Assembly: GCA_018334075.1 (NCBI GenBank) | Contig: JAGXSC010000010.1 | Span: forward strand, 37,102-101,101 | Length of the DNA stretch: 64,000 nucleotides | Reading direction: 5' to 3' | Source: Actinomycetota bacterium | Lineage (GTDB): Bacteria > Actinomycetota > Coriobacteriia > Anaerosomatales > UBA912 | In this document: positions 40,534 to 51,621 of the stretch, piece after piece | Numbering within the stretch: position 1 is the stretch's first letter | How the letters are laid out: each line of letters starts with the position of its first letter | The notes under the pieces: model-generated | Database searches by the model: none | The model's input: only the letters and a program-made list of their open reading frames with translations | Told to the model about the DNA's origin: nothing | Program-made: the position numbers and the translations under genes

Positions 40534-40674
40534 CGTTTCTCCTTCCAGTCCGATTGCCGCTACTGCTTGTGACCGTCGAGTTGAACCTCGACTGACAGTA
40601 TCGACGCCGGACTACCACGGTGCCGGGCGGCTCCATTGCTGGCCCGGAACCACTAATAGCACTTTCAGTGACGC

Positions 40675-40962
40675 CTAGGGCGCCGCGAAAAACTCTATCG
40701 TGTCGCCCTCTTTGAGAGTGACGATCGCCTTCTTCCACGAACGGGTAAGCCCCTTGCGATTACGCAACCGACGAGGCTTGCCAGAGACATTCATGGTATT
40801 CACACTCAAAACGGTAACGCCAAAAACCTCTGTTACCGCAGTAGCAATCTGCGGTTTTGTCGCAGTTTTGGCAACCTCGAAAGAATACCTGTTATCGGCG
40901 ATCATTTCATATGATTTCTCAGAAACAATCGGCCTGATGATGACACTGTGAGAGATCGGCAT
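40675..40962 (-). CDS. rplW: 50S ribosomal protein L23
   Basis: ...VIIRPIVSEKSYEM...FEVAK.ATKPQI... Confidence 0.9.
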   Translation of the reverse strand: MPISHSVIIRPIVSEKSYEMIADNRYSFEVAKTATKPQIATAVTEVFGVTVLSVNTMNVSGKPRRLRNRKGLTRSWKKAIVTLKEGDTIEFFAAP

Positions 40963-41586
40963 TTACAAAAGCACCCCCTCGAGTGAGCTCAAAGTGTTGC
41001 TGTCTATCAGCACGGCATTATTGTTTACAAGATCGTAGGTGTTTGCCTGTCCCACGGTTATCACCTGAACTTTGGGAATATTGCGAAAAGACAGAGCAGT
41101 TTCAAAATCGTCGTTGGCTACAACAACGGTTACGCGACCCTCTATACCTAAGTTCCTAAGGGTCTCTGCGGCTCTCTTGGTAGATGGCTCAGCAAAGCCA
41201 AAATTCTCGACTACCACAAGTGCACCCTCGGCAGTTTTTGCAGAAAGCGCACTGCGCATAGCAAGTTTTATCATCTTACCGGGAATCCTGAATGCGTAGC
41301 TGCGCGGAGTGGGGCCGAAGACGACTCCTCCGCCTTTCCACTGGGGCGCCCTTATGGTTCCTTGACGAGCACGTCCCGTACCCTTCTGGCGCCAAGGCTT
41401 GCTTCCACCGCCGGAAACCTCACTGCGGCCTTTTGTGCTGTGAGTTCCAGAGCGCCATGCGGCCCGCTGGCTTCGCACCACCTGGTGCATCGCGAAAGTA
41501 TGCGGCTCGATAGCGAAAACGCCGTCCGCCACATCTTTTACACCAACCTTCTTTCCAGATATGTCTTTGATGTCTATCGTTGCCAT
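40963..41586 (-). CDS. rplD: 50S ribosomal protein L4
   Basis: MATIDIKDISGKKVG...GGGSKPWRQKGTGRARQGTIRAPQW.GGG. ATG 41586 with a GAGGAG SD. Track start 41616 is over-extended. Confidence 0.92.
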   Translation of the reverse strand: MATIDIKDISGKKVGVKDVADGVFAIEPHTFAMHQVVRSQRAAWRSGTHSTKGRSEVSGGGSKPWRQKGTGRARQGTIRAPQWKGGGVVFGPTPRSYAFRIPGKMIKLAMRSALSAKTAEGALVVVENFGFAEPSTKRAAETLRNLGIEGRVTVVVANDDFETALSFRNIPKVQVITVGQANTYDLVNNNAVLIDSNTLSSLEGVLL

Positions 41587-41645
41587 CGTCTTAGCACTCC
41601 TCGTGTATGCAATCAAACCGCTGCCAGGCGGCTACCGCCTGCTGG

Positions 41646-42263
41646 TTACGCCTTGCGAATCGTCAACAATGCGCCTTTTCCACCAGGAACAGCGCCTTTT
41701 ACGATCAATAGATTTCGCTCTGGATCAATACGAACGATCTCCAGATTACGAACGGTCACACTCTCTCCACCCATCCGCCCGGGCATCTTGGTTCCTTTGA
41801 GAACGCGAGCTGGGGTAGCGCACATTCCTATGGAGCCCGGGGCACGATGGAAGTGTGAGCCATGTCCACCTGGACCACCGCGGAAGTTGTGCCGCTTCAT
41901 GACTCCGGCAAATCCTTTACCCTTGCTCGTGCCGCTCACATGAACACTCTGGCCCGCTTCGAAGCTCTCAACCGTGAGCACATCGCCAGCCTTGACCGAG
42001 TGGCCTTCATCGAGAGCGACTTCGGCTAGATGGCGCTTGGGCTCAACCTTGGCCTTTTCAAAGTGGCCTTTCATTGGCTTGTTGACAGCAGACTCCTTGA
42101 TATGACCAAAGGCGATTTGCGCCGCCGAATAGCCATCATTCTGCGGTGTCTTTACCTGGACTACCGCACAGGGACCAGCCTCAATGACAGTCACGGGAAT
42201 GAGATTATCGCTCTCACTCCAGAGCTGGGTCATCCCCAGTTTTCTACCTAAAATTGTGTTCAT
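41646..42263 (-). CDS. rplC: 50S ribosomal protein L3
   Basis: [15 protein letters not shown]... The start is ambiguous among three closely spaced codons (42263, 42269, 42272). Confidence 0.92.
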   Translation of the reverse strand: MNTILGRKLGMTQLWSESDNLIPVTVIEAGPCAVVQVKTPQNDGYSAAQIAFGHIKESAVNKPMKGHFEKAKVEPKRHLAEVALDEGHSVKAGDVLTVESFEAGQSVHVSGTSKGKGFAGVMKRHNFRGGPGGHGSHFHRAPGSIGMCATPARVLKGTKMPGRMGGESVTVRNLEIVRIDPERNLLIVKGAVPGGKGALLTIRKA

Positions 42264-42366
42264 ACTCATCAAGCTCCACTTCTACTCGCAGTCTTGGGGC
42301 CTCAGTGCACACCTTTTGTGCATCTTCCAGAGGACTGCACCACAGCCGGAAATACCGGCATCTGAC

Positions 42367-42675
42367 CTATAATTTAATCTCAATATCAACTCCGGCGGGC
42401 AGATCCAGCCTCATCAACGAATCGACCGTCTTTGCTGTAGGCTCAAGGATGTCGATTAGCCGCTTGTGGGTCTTCATCTCAAAGTGCTCACGGCTGTCCT
42501 TGTTGACGTGCGGCGAGCGGATCACGCAGTAAAGGTTACGCTCGGTTGGCAAAGGTATCGGACCAGAAACCTTTGCACCCGTTTTCTGGGCCGTGTCAAC
42601 GATCATCTTTGTCGACTGATCTACGATCTCATGATCGTAACCCTTCAGTCGAATTCTTATCTTTTGGTTCTGCAA
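42367..42675 (-). CDS. rpsJ: 30S ribosomal protein S10
   Basis: [21 protein letters not shown]... Confidence 0.95.
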   Translation of the reverse strand: MQNQKIRIRLKGYDHEIVDQSTKMIVDTAQKTGAKVSGPIPLPTERNLYCVIRSPHVNKDSREHFEMKTHKRLIDILEPTAKTVDSLMRLDLPAGVDIEIKL

Positions 42676-42714
42676 CTCTCTGCCCTCCGTCGTAAACGAG
42701 AGATCTGATCTCGG

Positions 42715-43905
42715 CTAAATCTACTTCAAAATCTTTGTTACTCGTCCCGAGCCTACGGTTCTTCCGCCTTCGCGGATGGCAAATCTCAAGCCATCCTCCA
42801 TCGCGATCGGAGCGATGAGCTCGCCGCGGATCTCCACGTTGTCACCGGGCATTACCATCTCGGTGCCCTCGGGCAGGTGAGCGATGCCGGTCACGTCTGT
42901 GGTACGGAAGTAAAACTGCGGGCGATATCCATCGAAAAACGGAGTGTGACGTCCGCCTTCTTCTTTGGTAAGCACGTAGACTTGGCCTAGGAACTCGGTG
43001 TGAGGGGTGATCGAGCCGGGCTTGCAAAGCACCTGGCCGCGCTCGATATCGGTACGCGAGACACCGCGCAAAAGCACGCCCACGTTATCTCCGGCCTGAG
43101 CCTCATCGAGGAGCTTGCGAAACATCTCCACACCGGTAACGACGGTCTTGTGGGTATCGCGGATACCGACTATCTCGACGTCGTCTCCGACCTTTACCAC
43201 GCCTCTTTCAACGCGGCCTGTGGCTACCGTACCGCGACCTGTGATGGTAAAGACGTCCTCTACCGCCATGAGGAATGGCTTGTCGATCTCGCGTACGGGA
43301 ATCGGAACGTGGCTGTCTACCGCTGCGATAAGCTCAAAGATCGCTTCTTTGGCCGACTCGTCGCCCTCTAGCGCCTTTAGTGCCGAGCCCTTGATTACAG
43401 GTGTGTCATCGCCCGGAAACTCGTACTCGTTTAGCAGCTCGCGAATCTCAAGCTCTACAAGCTCGAGAAGTTCGGGATCATCGACCATGTCAACCTTGTT
43501 CAAGAAGACCACGATGTGCGGAACGCCAACCTGACGGGCGAGCAGGATATGCTCGCGTGTCTGGGGCATAGGGCCATCCGCTGCCGAGACAACTAGGATA
43601 GCGCCGTCCATCTGCGCGGCACCGGTGATCATGTTCTTGACGTAGTCAGCGTGACCCGGGCAGTCGACGTGAGCGTAGTGACGAGATTCGGACTCGTACT
43701 CTACGTGTGCGATAGCGATAGTGATACCGCGCTCACGCTCTTCGGGGGCTTTATCGATCTGGTCGAAGGGGGTGAAATCAGCCCACCCTTTTTCGGCAAG
43801 TGTCTTGGTGATAGCGGCAGTCAGCGTGGTCTTACCATGGTCGACGTGACCGATAGTGCCGATGTTGACGTGCGGCTTGGTGCGCTCAAACTTTTTCTTG
43901 GCCAT
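42715..43905 (-). repeat. tuf repeat copy A (~1.19 kb, direct repeat of 61732..62922)
   Basis: My base-by-base comparison found about 24 single-nucleotide differences across the 1191-bp shared repeat (CDS plus 6 nt beyond the stop). The flanks then diverge. Confidence 0.9.
42721..43905 (-). CDS. tuf: Elongation factor Tu (copy 1, in the str operon)
   Basis: [18 protein letters not shown] and NKVD motifs. Follows fusA. Confidence 0.97.
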   Translation of the reverse strand: MAKKKFERTKPHVNIGTIGHVDHGKTTLTAAITKTLAEKGWADFTPFDQIDKAPEERERGITIAIAHVEYESESRHYAHVDCPGHADYVKNMITGAAQMDGAILVVSAADGPMPQTREHILLARQVGVPHIVVFLNKVDMVDDPELLELVELEIRELLNEYEFPGDDTPVIKGSALKALEGDESAKEAIFELIAAVDSHVPIPVREIDKPFLMAVEDVFTITGRGTVATGRVERGVVKVGDDVEIVGIRDTHKTVVTGVEMFRKLLDEAQAGDNVGVLLRGVSRTDIERGQVLCKPGSITPHTEFLGQVYVLTKEEGGRHTPFFDGYRPQFYFRTTDVTGIAHLPEGTEMVMPGDNVEIRGELIAPIAMEDGLRFAIREGGRTVGSGRVTKILK

Positions 43906-43910
43906 GATTC

Positions 43911-46010
43911 CTATCCTCGGCTCACTTCGCCGCCAACTTTGGCGACGATCTCTTCGGCTACGGACTTGGGTACCTGCTCATAAGCGTGGAACTGCATTGT
44001 GTACGACGCGCGGCCCTGGGTGCGACTGCGAAGGTCCGTCGCATAGCCGAACATCTCAGACAAAGGCACTTTGGCACGTACTATCTGGGCTCCTCCGCGA
44101 GGCTCTATGCCTTCGATCTGGCCTCGACGACTCGAGAGATCGCCCATGACATCTCCCATGAAGTCTTCCGGTGTGGCGACCTCTACCGCCATCATCGGCT
44201 CAAGAAGTTTGGGGGTTGCCTTGCGCAGCCCATCTTTGATCGCCATGGAGCCGGCTATTTTGAAGGCCATCTCCGAGGAGTCAACCTCGTGATAGGAGCC
44301 GTCTACAAGCTCAACCTTGACATCAACTACTGGGTATCCGGCAAGAACGCCTGAGCCAAGGGCCTCCTGGATGCCCTTGTCAACTGCGGGAATGTACTCT
44401 TTTGGAACAGCGCCGCCGACGATTTTGCTCGCAAACTCGTATCCGACTCCAGCCTCTTGCGGCACAACATTTATGACTACGTGACCATACTGACCTCGCC
44501 CGCCCGTTTGCCGAGCGAATTTCATGTCGACACCGTCGACCCGCTTGCCGACTGTCTCGCGATACGCGACTTGCGGCTTACCGACGTTGGCCTCGACCTT
44601 GAATTCACGCAACAGTCTGTCGACAATGACCTCTAGGTGCAACTCGCCCATCCCGGCGATGATGGTCTGGCCTGTCTCCTCATCGGAGCGCACCCTGAAT
44701 GTGGGATCCTCCTCAGCGAGCCTGGCCAGAGACTGACCGAGCTTCTCCTGGTCCACCTTGGTCTTGGGCTCAATTGCGATATCGATAACCGGGTCAGGAA
44801 ACTCCATCGACTCAAGCACAACTGGTTGGCTATCCGAGCAAAGCGTGTCACCGGTCGTCGTGTTCTTCAATCCGACCGCAGCAACGATATCACCCGCCGA
44901 GACATCGGTGATGTCTTCGCGGTGATTGGCATGCATCTCGAGCAGGCGGCCGATACGCTCCTTGTGTCCCTTGGTAGAGTTGAGAACATACGATCCTGCG
45001 GACATGGAGCCCGAATAAACTCGGAAGTAGGTCAGCTTACCAACGTATGGATCGGTCATGACCTTGAATGCGAGAGCGGCAAATGGTGCTTTCCCATCGG
45101 CCTCACGAACGATTTCCTCATCTGTGCGGACATCTTTGCCCCGGATGGCAGGAATGTCTACGGGAGATGGAAGATAGTCGATGATCGCATCGAGTAGCGC
45201 CTGAACTCCCTTGTTCTTGAAGGAGGCCCCGCAGACAACAGGCGTAATCGCACAGTCAATAGTGGCCTGACGGAGTGCGGCCTGCAGTTCGCCGATTTCG
45301 ATATCCTCTTCGGCGAGGAACTTTTCGAGAAGCGCGTCGTCGTACTCGGCAGCAGCCTCAACCAGCTCAGCCCTGTAAAGCTCCGCATCATCAGCAAGCT
45401 CGGCAGGAATCTCGCCGGTGGAAGGATTGATACCTTTGTCATCTTCATTGAAGAAGATCGCATTCATCGCCAGCAAATCGATAATCCCGGTAAAGCGGTC
45501 CTCTGAGCCAATGGGCAGCTGCAGTAGCACCGGGCGTGTATTCAGGCGATCCTTCATCATCCGAATAACATTGAAGAAGTCTGCACCGGTCCGGTCCATC
45601 TTGTTGATGTAAGCCATACGGGGAACCTTGTAGTTGTCAGCCTGGCGCCAGACGGTCTCGGACTGTGGCTCGACACCCCCTACCGCACAGAATACAGCGC
45701 AGGCGCCGTCGAGCACCCTCAGCGAGCGTTCCACCTCAACGGTAAAGTCCACGTGCCCGGGAGTATCGATAATCTGAATGCGATGATCTCTCCAAAAACA
45801 CGTGGTCGCAGCGGATGTGATTGTGATACCGCGCTCCTGCTCCTGGATCATCCAGTCCATGGCGGCAGCACCATCATGGACCTCACCGATCTTGTGAGAC
45901 TTTCCGGTATAGAACAAAATCCGCTCGGTAGTGGTCGTCTTCCCGGCGTCTATGTGGGCCATGATCCCGATGTTTCGGGTCTTGGATATTGGGTATTTCT
46001 TCTGAGCCAT
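43911..46010 (-). CDS. fusA: Elongation factor G
   Basis: [20 protein letters not shown]. 699 aa. Confidence 0.97.
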   Translation of the reverse strand: MAQKKYPISKTRNIGIMAHIDAGKTTTTERILFYTGKSHKIGEVHDGAAAMDWMIQEQERGITITSAATTCFWRDHRIQIIDTPGHVDFTVEVERSLRVLDGACAVFCAVGGVEPQSETVWRQADNYKVPRMAYINKMDRTGADFFNVIRMMKDRLNTRPVLLQLPIGSEDRFTGIIDLLAMNAIFFNEDDKGINPSTGEIPAELADDAELYRAELVEAAAEYDDALLEKFLAEEDIEIGELQAALRQATIDCAITPVVCGASFKNKGVQALLDAIIDYLPSPVDIPAIRGKDVRTDEEIVREADGKAPFAALAFKVMTDPYVGKLTYFRVYSGSMSAGSYVLNSTKGHKERIGRLLEMHANHREDITDVSAGDIVAAVGLKNTTTGDTLCSDSQPVVLESMEFPDPVIDIAIEPKTKVDQEKLGQSLARLAEEDPTFRVRSDEETGQTIIAGMGELHLEVIVDRLLREFKVEANVGKPQVAYRETVGKRVDGVDMKFARQTGGRGQYGHVVINVVPQEAGVGYEFASKIVGGAVPKEYIPAVDKGIQEALGSGVLAGYPVVDVKVELVDGSYHEVDSSEMAFKIAGSMAIKDGLRKATPKLLEPMMAVEVATPEDFMGDVMGDLSSRRGQIEGIEPRGGAQIVRAKVPLSEMFGYATDLRSRTQGRASYTMQFHAYEQVPKSVAEEIVAKVGGEVSRG

Positions 46011-46099
46011 GAACTGTACTTTCCTCTACTATCCTCGTGTTTTACCCATCGTCTCTTGGCAAAGTGTTCTAAGGTTCGATCGGCAGAAACTTGCGCTGG

Positions 46100-46570
46100 C
46101 TACCAACGGTAATGGCTAAAGGCCCTGTTGGACTCGGCCATCTTGTAAAGATCCTCACGCTTCTTGACCGATGCGCCAGTTCCGTTAGAGGCATCGAGTA
46201 TCTCATTGGCAATGCGCTCGGACATCGTCTTCTCTCTCCTCTTGCGGGCAAAGTTGACCATCCAGCGAATCGCTAGTGTAGTGGAGCGTCGTGAGTTCAC
46301 TTCGATAGGAACCTGGTATGTGGCACCGCCAACCCGCTTTGGACGAACCTCAAGGGTGGGCCGCACATTGTCCATGGCCTTCTTGAACGTGGCCAAAGGA
46401 TCGGCTCCGGACCGGCTCTCAATGAGCGCAAATGCGTCATACACCATGCGCTCGGCAATAGAGCGCTTGCCGTGGAGGAGAACCTTGTTGATCAACTGGG
46501 TGATCAACTTGTTGTTGTATTGTATGTCCCCGACTATTTCACGTCGGGTTGCTGCAGCACGCCTTGGCAT
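46100..46570 (-). CDS. rpsG: 30S ribosomal protein S7
   Basis: [16 protein letters not shown]...LINK....GKRS.AE... Confidence 0.95.
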   Translation of the reverse strand: MPRRAAATRREIVGDIQYNNKLITQLINKVLLHGKRSIAERMVYDAFALIESRSGADPLATFKKAMDNVRPTLEVRPKRVGGATYQVPIEVNSRRSTTLAIRWMVNFARKRREKTMSERIANEILDASNGTGASVKKREDLYKMAESNRAFSHYRW

Positions 46571-46637
46571 TCTTCACTCCTCGGGTTGTAGCAAACCGCG
46601 AAAGACACTCTCCCGCGATCAGCTTTCCATCCATCGA

Positions 46638-47009
46638 CTATTTCGGCTTCTTGGCTCCATACCGGGACCTTGCCTGAACCCTGTTATTGACACCCGCAGC
46701 GTCAAGCGTTCCCCGAATTACCTTGTACCTGACTCCAGGAAGATCTTTTACGCGGCCACCCCGAACCAGGACTATGGAGTGCTCCTGAAGGTTGTGTCCG
46801 ATTCCCGGAATGTACGCCGTGATCTCCATCTGATTGACCAGGCGGACCCTGGCAACCTTTCTCAAAGCCGAGTTAGGCTTCTTGGGCGTGGTTGTATAAA
46901 CACGAGTGCAAACCCCACGCTTTTGGGGATTTCCCTTGAGGGCCGGAGTAGAGCTTTTCGTAGCTTTGGCCTTACGGCCCTTGCGGACCAGCTGATTGAT
47001 AGTGGGCAA
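46638..47009 (-). CDS. rpsL: 30S ribosomal protein S12
   Basis: [13 protein letters not shown]...[16 protein letters not shown]... Confidence 0.96.
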   Translation of the reverse strand: MPTINQLVRKGRKAKATKSSTPALKGNPQKRGVCTRVYTTTPKKPNSALRKVARVRLVNQMEITAYIPGIGHNLQEHSIVLVRGGRVKDLPGVRYKVIRGTLDAAGVNNRVQARSRYGAKKPK

Positions 47010-47083
47010 CGCTTCTCTCCTTCATTCGTACGATATTTATGGCTACTGGCGCAATCTGACACCAAGTAAAACCACAACTGGGG

Positions 47084-47112
47084 ACTGTATCAGTCGACAC
47101 TAAGGATGTCAA
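47084..47112 (-). promoter_or_regulatory. Sigma-70-type promoter for the rpsL (str) operon
   Basis: Minus strand TTGACA-N17-TACAGT, about 75 nt upstream of the rpsL ATG. Confidence 0.5.
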
Positions 47113-47156
47113 ACGCCACGTACCCGGGCGTGTCCATGCTTGTCTCCTGAAGCAAA

Positions 47157-47196
47157 CCGCAAAAGCCGGCACCGCAGGGTCTCTGCGACGCCGGCT
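47157..47196 (-). terminator. Rho-independent terminator after rpoC
   Basis: Minus strand GCCGGCgtCGCAGagaccCTGCGgtGCCGGC followed by TTTTGCGGTTTG. It begins 7 nt after the rpoC stop. Confidence 0.65.
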
Positions 47197-47202
47197 CCTA
47201 AA

Positions 47203-50200
47203 TCACGCGAGGGTATGTCCTGCCGACTCGAGTCGAGCGCGTATCTCGCTTATAGACTTTGCTCCCAGTCCTTCAATTGAGAGCAGGCCGTTGCTTCCCT
47301 TGTTCAGAAGCTCGCCGATGCTCATTACTCCAGCGCTGATCAAAGCTCTTTCAACTCTGACCGGAAGGCCAAGCTCTATAACCCCGGCATCTGTTGAAAG
47401 CGCCTCCTGGCCATCCGACTGAGGTATGGGGCTGTCATCGGCCTCAGGATTCGGGCTCACCTCCATGGCATCAAGGGGCTGTGAGGCACCCTCTTCGGCA
47501 CTTTGGCCTTTACCCTCGTCCTCGACCTCGGGCTCAAATACTTTATCCGAGAAACCCGACACATCGGCAAAAATATCATCGCCGCCAGCGCTGTCAAAGT
47601 CAGCGAAGAACTGTGATGTGTCTCCTCCGAGGAGCTCTGCACTCTCTGACCGCAACGACGGCTTGGGAAGCATGGCATGTAGCTCGCGAAGGTCATCGGG
47701 GGCAAACTGTGGTAGCGGATCTTCGGTAGCAGCATCCCACTCTGCCTTTTGGCCCTTATAGGTAAGAGTTACGCCTCGATACCGCTTCATTCCAGTCGCG
47801 GCCGGAATAAGCTTCCCGATAATCACGTTCTCTTTCAATCCGAGCAGGCTATCCTCTTTACCCGCAATGGCTGCGTCGGTAAGAACCCGAGTCGTCTCCT
47901 GGAAAGAAGCAGCTGACAGATAGCTATCCGTTGCAAGAGAGGCCTTGGTAATCCCAAGGAGAACGGGAGAAGCTGCGCCGGGAGTCCCTCCGTTTGCCAT
48001 CACCCCTCGGTTCGCCGTCTCAAAGATAAAGCGATCGACAAGCTGTCCAGGCAGGAACTCTGTGTCGCCTGCTTCAATAACAGTGACTCTCTTCAGCATC
48101 TGGCGGGCGATCACCTCAATATGCTTATCATTGATATCGACTCCCTGGCTACGATAGACCGCCTGCACCTCATCGACCAGGTAACGAAGCACATCTCCGG
48201 ATCCCTTTAGGCGAAGCAGCTCATGAATGTTGACGGCGCCCTCCGTGAGCCTGTCACCAACTGCAACTTTAGATCCCGTAACCAATCCATGACGTATACG
48301 AGCCCTGGGAACCTGATAGCTTTCCAGGCGCGAACCATCTTGCTTGGTGGTGTCGAGGATGATCAACCTGCAGATGTCGCCTTCTTGCTCGACACTCAAC
48401 TCACCGGCGACAGATGACAGAACCGCTGCACCCTTGGGATTCTTCCGGGCCTCGAACAACTCTGTCACGCGAGGGAGTCCGTGAGCAGCGCCTTCCTTGT
48501 AGTACAGAACGGCTCCCTGCCACTCCAACATATTGCGCTCGGCGCCCGTTATGTCTTTTTCGCCTAATCCTCCAGTATGGAACGTTCTCATGGTCAACTG
48601 CGTGCCCGGCTCGCCGATAGACTGAGCAGCTATGATTCCAACTGCGGTACCGATTTCGACCGGAGCACTGCTTGCCAGATCCCATCCGTAGCACTTCTGG
48701 CATATGCCGTGCTTCGCGTGACACGTCATCACTGCTCTGACTTCTACGGCCTCTACACCTGCGGCCATAATGGCATCAACATCACTCGGGCGGAGATAGT
48801 CTCCACTATCCGCTATGATCTCGCCGGTTGCCGGATCAGCAACTGGACGCAGCAGGCAGCGGCCAACCAGATTACTATCGCCTCGGGCTTCATCCGACTC
48901 GAGTTCGAGCGCGATTACAAGCCCTTCATCTGTACCGCAATCTGTCTCCCGGACGATTACGTCTTGTGCTACATCAACGAGCTTCCTTGTTAGATAACCT
49001 GAGTCCGCGGTTCTGAGTGCGGTATCGGCCAATCCCTTTCTGGCACCATGCGCAGACAGGTAGTACTCCAGGACCGGCAGTCCCTCTCGGAAGTTGGAAG
49101 CAATCGGTCGTTCGACGATAAATCCATTGGATTTGGCCATCAATCCCCGCATTCCAGCAAGCTGACGAATCTGCTTGATGTTTCCGCGGGCTCCAGAGTT
49201 AGCCATCATATAGATTGGATTGAACCTGTCGAAACTGGCGGCCATCGCTTCGCCGACATCATCAGTGGCCATCGTCCATATCTCGACGATTTGCCGGTGT
49301 CTCTCTCCGCCGGTTATCAATCCTCGATCATACTTTTGGTTGATGTCCTCTACTTTGGAGCGGGCCTTATCAAGAATACCCTGCTTTGCATCGGGTATCT
49401 TGGCGTCGTAAACAGAAACGGTCAGTCCCGCACGAGTCGCGTAGTGGAAGCCCAGGCGCTTGAGTTCATCGAGTATGCCAACCATGATATTGGTGGAGTA
49501 CCGGTTCGCGCAGCCTTCAACTATCTTGGAGATGGCCTTCTTGTCTACATCGTAGTTGATGAAGGGGTGATCCTCGGGCAAGGCGCGGTTGAAGAACACC
49601 CGACCCACAGAGGTCTCAAGCCGCTCCCCCGCCTTACGCTCGAAAGCGACGATCTGCTTGCCTTCCCTGCGCTCCTCGACAACGTCTCTGCGCAAACGGA
49701 CTGAGATCGAGGCCTGCAAATCAAGGCCACTGCGTGCGTCATAGGCCAAAGTGGCCTCGTGCGGACTTGCAAATACCCTGCCTTCCCCAGGCATGCCTTC
49801 CCTGGTAGACGTAAGGTAAAAAAGTCCGATGATCATATCTTGCGTAGGCGTGACCACTGGCCGCCCAGTAGCAGGCGACTTGATATTGTTGGTTGACAGC
49901 ATGAGCACTCTTGCCTCCGCCTGTGCCTCGGCGGAGATGGGCACATGAACCGCCATCTGATCACCGTCGAAGTCAGCGTTGAATGCAGTACAAACCATCG
50001 GGTGAATTCTTATAGCCTTGCCCTCCACCAGTACAGGCTCGAATGCCTGTATGCCGAGGCGGTGCAGGGTTGGTGCACGGTTGAGCATGACCGGATGGTC
50101 CCGGATCACCTCTTCGAGGACATCCCAAATTACGGGCCTGCCTCTATCCACCATGCGCTTCGCGCTCTTGATATTCTGCGCATAGTCCAGATCGACAAGA

Positions 50201-51618
50201 CGCTTCATGACGAAGGGCTTGAATAGTTCGAGTGCCATGGTCTTCGGCAAGCCGCATTGGTGCAACTTCAGTTCGGGACCGACAACAATAACCGAGCGGC
50301 CAGAATAGTCGACCCTCTTTCCGAGAAGGTTTTGCCTAAAGCGCCCTTGCTTGCCCTTGAGCATATCGGCAATCGACTTCAGCGGACGGTTGCCTGGACC
50401 GGTTACGGGACGGCCGCGGCGACCATTGTCGAAAAGCGCGTCTACCGCTTCTTGCAACATCCTCTTCTCGTTGTTGACGATGATCTCAGGTGCACCCAAA
50501 TCAAGGAGGCGCTTGAGACGATTGTTGCGGTTTATAACCCTACGATACAGGTCGTTCAGGTCACTTGTAGCGAAACGGCCGCCATCGAGCTGAACCATGG
50601 GCCTGAGATCCGGTGGGATAACTGGAATCGCATCCAGTATCATCCAGCTTGGATGATTGCTTGAGCCCTTCAGGGCGGCAACCACCTTGAGCCTTTTGGT
50701 TGCCCTCTCTTTTGCTTGGCCCTTACCTTCCGCGATTATCGTGCGCAGTCCGGCAGCCAACTCCTCCAGATTGATCTGATCGAGGAGATCTCTGATAGCC
50801 TCAGCGCCCATTCCCCCACGGAAGTAGTCACCATAACGGGACTTCATCTCCCTATACAATGCCTCGTTTGGAATTAGCATCTTTGGGGTCAACTTCTGGA
50901 ACGTCTCGAAAGCCTTGCTGTAAAGGTCGCGACGATCCTCGTAGTCCTCGGTAATGTCGCGAATCTCCTGCTCGCACTCTTTTTCAAGCTTTTTGATGCT
51001 ATCAGCGCCAAGAGGTTCGCCGTCAACATGATCGCCATCCTCGGGATCAACCTCTCCCTTGGCTCTGGCAATCATTTTGTCCCGGTTTTCAATCGTGGCT
51101 GCAATTTCCTGTTGCATCTCAGCCTCAAGGCTATCCATATCCGCCGCGAGCTCGTCCCTGAGAACGGGCATGTCAGCCTCACGGTCATCTTCATTTACGC
51201 TCGTGATGATGGAGGCAGCGAAATAGAGAACCTTCTCAAGATCCTTAGGAGCTATATCGAGCAAGTAGCCGAGCCTGCTCGGCACGCCTTTGAAGTACCA
51301 GATATGGCTTACCGGAGCCGCAAGCTCAATGTGGCCCATCCGATCTCTACGAACCTTCGCCCTTGTGACCTCGACGCCGCAGCGCTCGCACACGATGCCC
51401 TTGAAGCGCACGCGCTTATACTTGCCGCAGTGGCACTCCCAGTCCTTAGTGGGACCAAATATCTTTTCGCAAAACAGTCCGTCCTTTTCGGGCTTGAGCG
51501 TGCGATAGTTGATAGTTTCGGCCTTTTTGACCTCGCCTTTCGACCACTGCCGGACCTTTTTTGACGATGCCAGTCCAATCCGTAAACGGTCGAAGTTGTT
51601 CACGTCTATATCAAGCAC
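47203..51618 (-). CDS. rpoC: DNA-directed RNA polymerase subunit beta-prime, with ~180-aa C-terminal extension
   Basis: NADFDGD catalytic motif, Zn-binding CHCGKY...CERCG, and a coiled-coil lineage insert near residues 140-230. GTG start 3 nt after the rpoB stop. Confidence 0.97.
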   Translation of the reverse strand: MLDIDVNNFDRLRIGLASSKKVRQWSKGEVKKAETINYRTLKPEKDGLFCEKIFGPTKDWECHCGKYKRVRFKGIVCERCGVEVTRAKVRRDRMGHIELAAPVSHIWYFKGVPSRLGYLLDIAPKDLEKVLYFAASIITSVNEDDREADMPVLRDELAADMDSLEAEMQQEIAATIENRDKMIARAKGEVDPEDGDHVDGEPLGADSIKKLEKECEQEIRDITEDYEDRRDLYSKAFETFQKLTPKMLIPNEALYREMKSRYGDYFRGGMGAEAIRDLLDQINLEELAAGLRTIIAEGKGQAKERATKRLKVVAALKGSSNHPSWMILDAIPVIPPDLRPMVQLDGGRFATSDLNDLYRRVINRNNRLKRLLDLGAPEIIVNNEKRMLQEAVDALFDNGRRGRPVTGPGNRPLKSIADMLKGKQGRFRQNLLGKRVDYSGRSVIVVGPELKLHQCGLPKTMALELFKPFVMKRLVDLDYAQNIKSAKRMVDRGRPVIWDVLEEVIRDHPVMLNRAPTLHRLGIQAFEPVLVEGKAIRIHPMVCTAFNADFDGDQMAVHVPISAEAQAEARVLMLSTNNIKSPATGRPVVTPTQDMIIGLFYLTSTREGMPGEGRVFASPHEATLAYDARSGLDLQASISVRLRRDVVEERREGKQIVAFERKAGERLETSVGRVFFNRALPEDHPFINYDVDKKAISKIVEGCANRYSTNIMVGILDELKRLGFHYATRAGLTVSVYDAKIPDAKQGILDKARSKVEDINQKYDRGLITGGERHRQIVEIWTMATDDVGEAMAASFDRFNPIYMMANSGARGNIKQIRQLAGMRGLMAKSNGFIVERPIASNFREGLPVLEYYLSAHGARKGLADTALRTADSGYLTRKLVDVAQDVIVRETDCGTDEGLVIALELESDEARGDSNLVGRCLLRPVADPATGEIIADSGDYLRPSDVDAIMAAGVEAVEVRAVMTCHAKHGICQKCYGWDLASSAPVEIGTAVGIIAAQSIGEPGTQLTMRTFHTGGLGEKDITGAERNMLEWQGAVLYYKEGAAHGLPRVTELFEARKNPKGAAVLSSVAGELSVEQEGDICRLIILDTTKQDGSRLESYQVPRARIRHGLVTGSKVAVGDRLTEGAVNIHELLRLKGSGDVLRYLVDEVQAVYRSQGVDINDKHIEVIARQMLKRVTVIEAGDTEFLPGQLVDRFIFETANRGVMANGGTPGAASPVLLGITKASLATDSYLSAASFQETTRVLTDAAIAGKEDSLLGLKENVIIGKLIPAATGMKRYRGVTLTYKGQKAEWDAATEDPLPQFAPDDLRELHAMLPKPSLRSESAELLGGDTSQFFADFDSAGGDDIFADVSGFSDKVFEPEVEDEGKGQSAEEGASQPLDAMEVSPNPEADDSPIPQSDGQEALSTDAGVIELGLPVRVERALISAGVMSIGELLNKGSNGLLSIEGLGAKSISEIRARLESAGHTLA

Positions 51619-51621
51619 GTG

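Noticed and set aside
46164-47069. 301-aa plus-strand ORF spanning rpsG and rpsL
   Set aside because: It is antisense to two unmistakable ribosomal protein genes and bridges their intergenic spacer. Its composition is low-complexity and Arg/Ser/Leu-rich, typical of shadow frames in GC-rich DNA. It has no SD.
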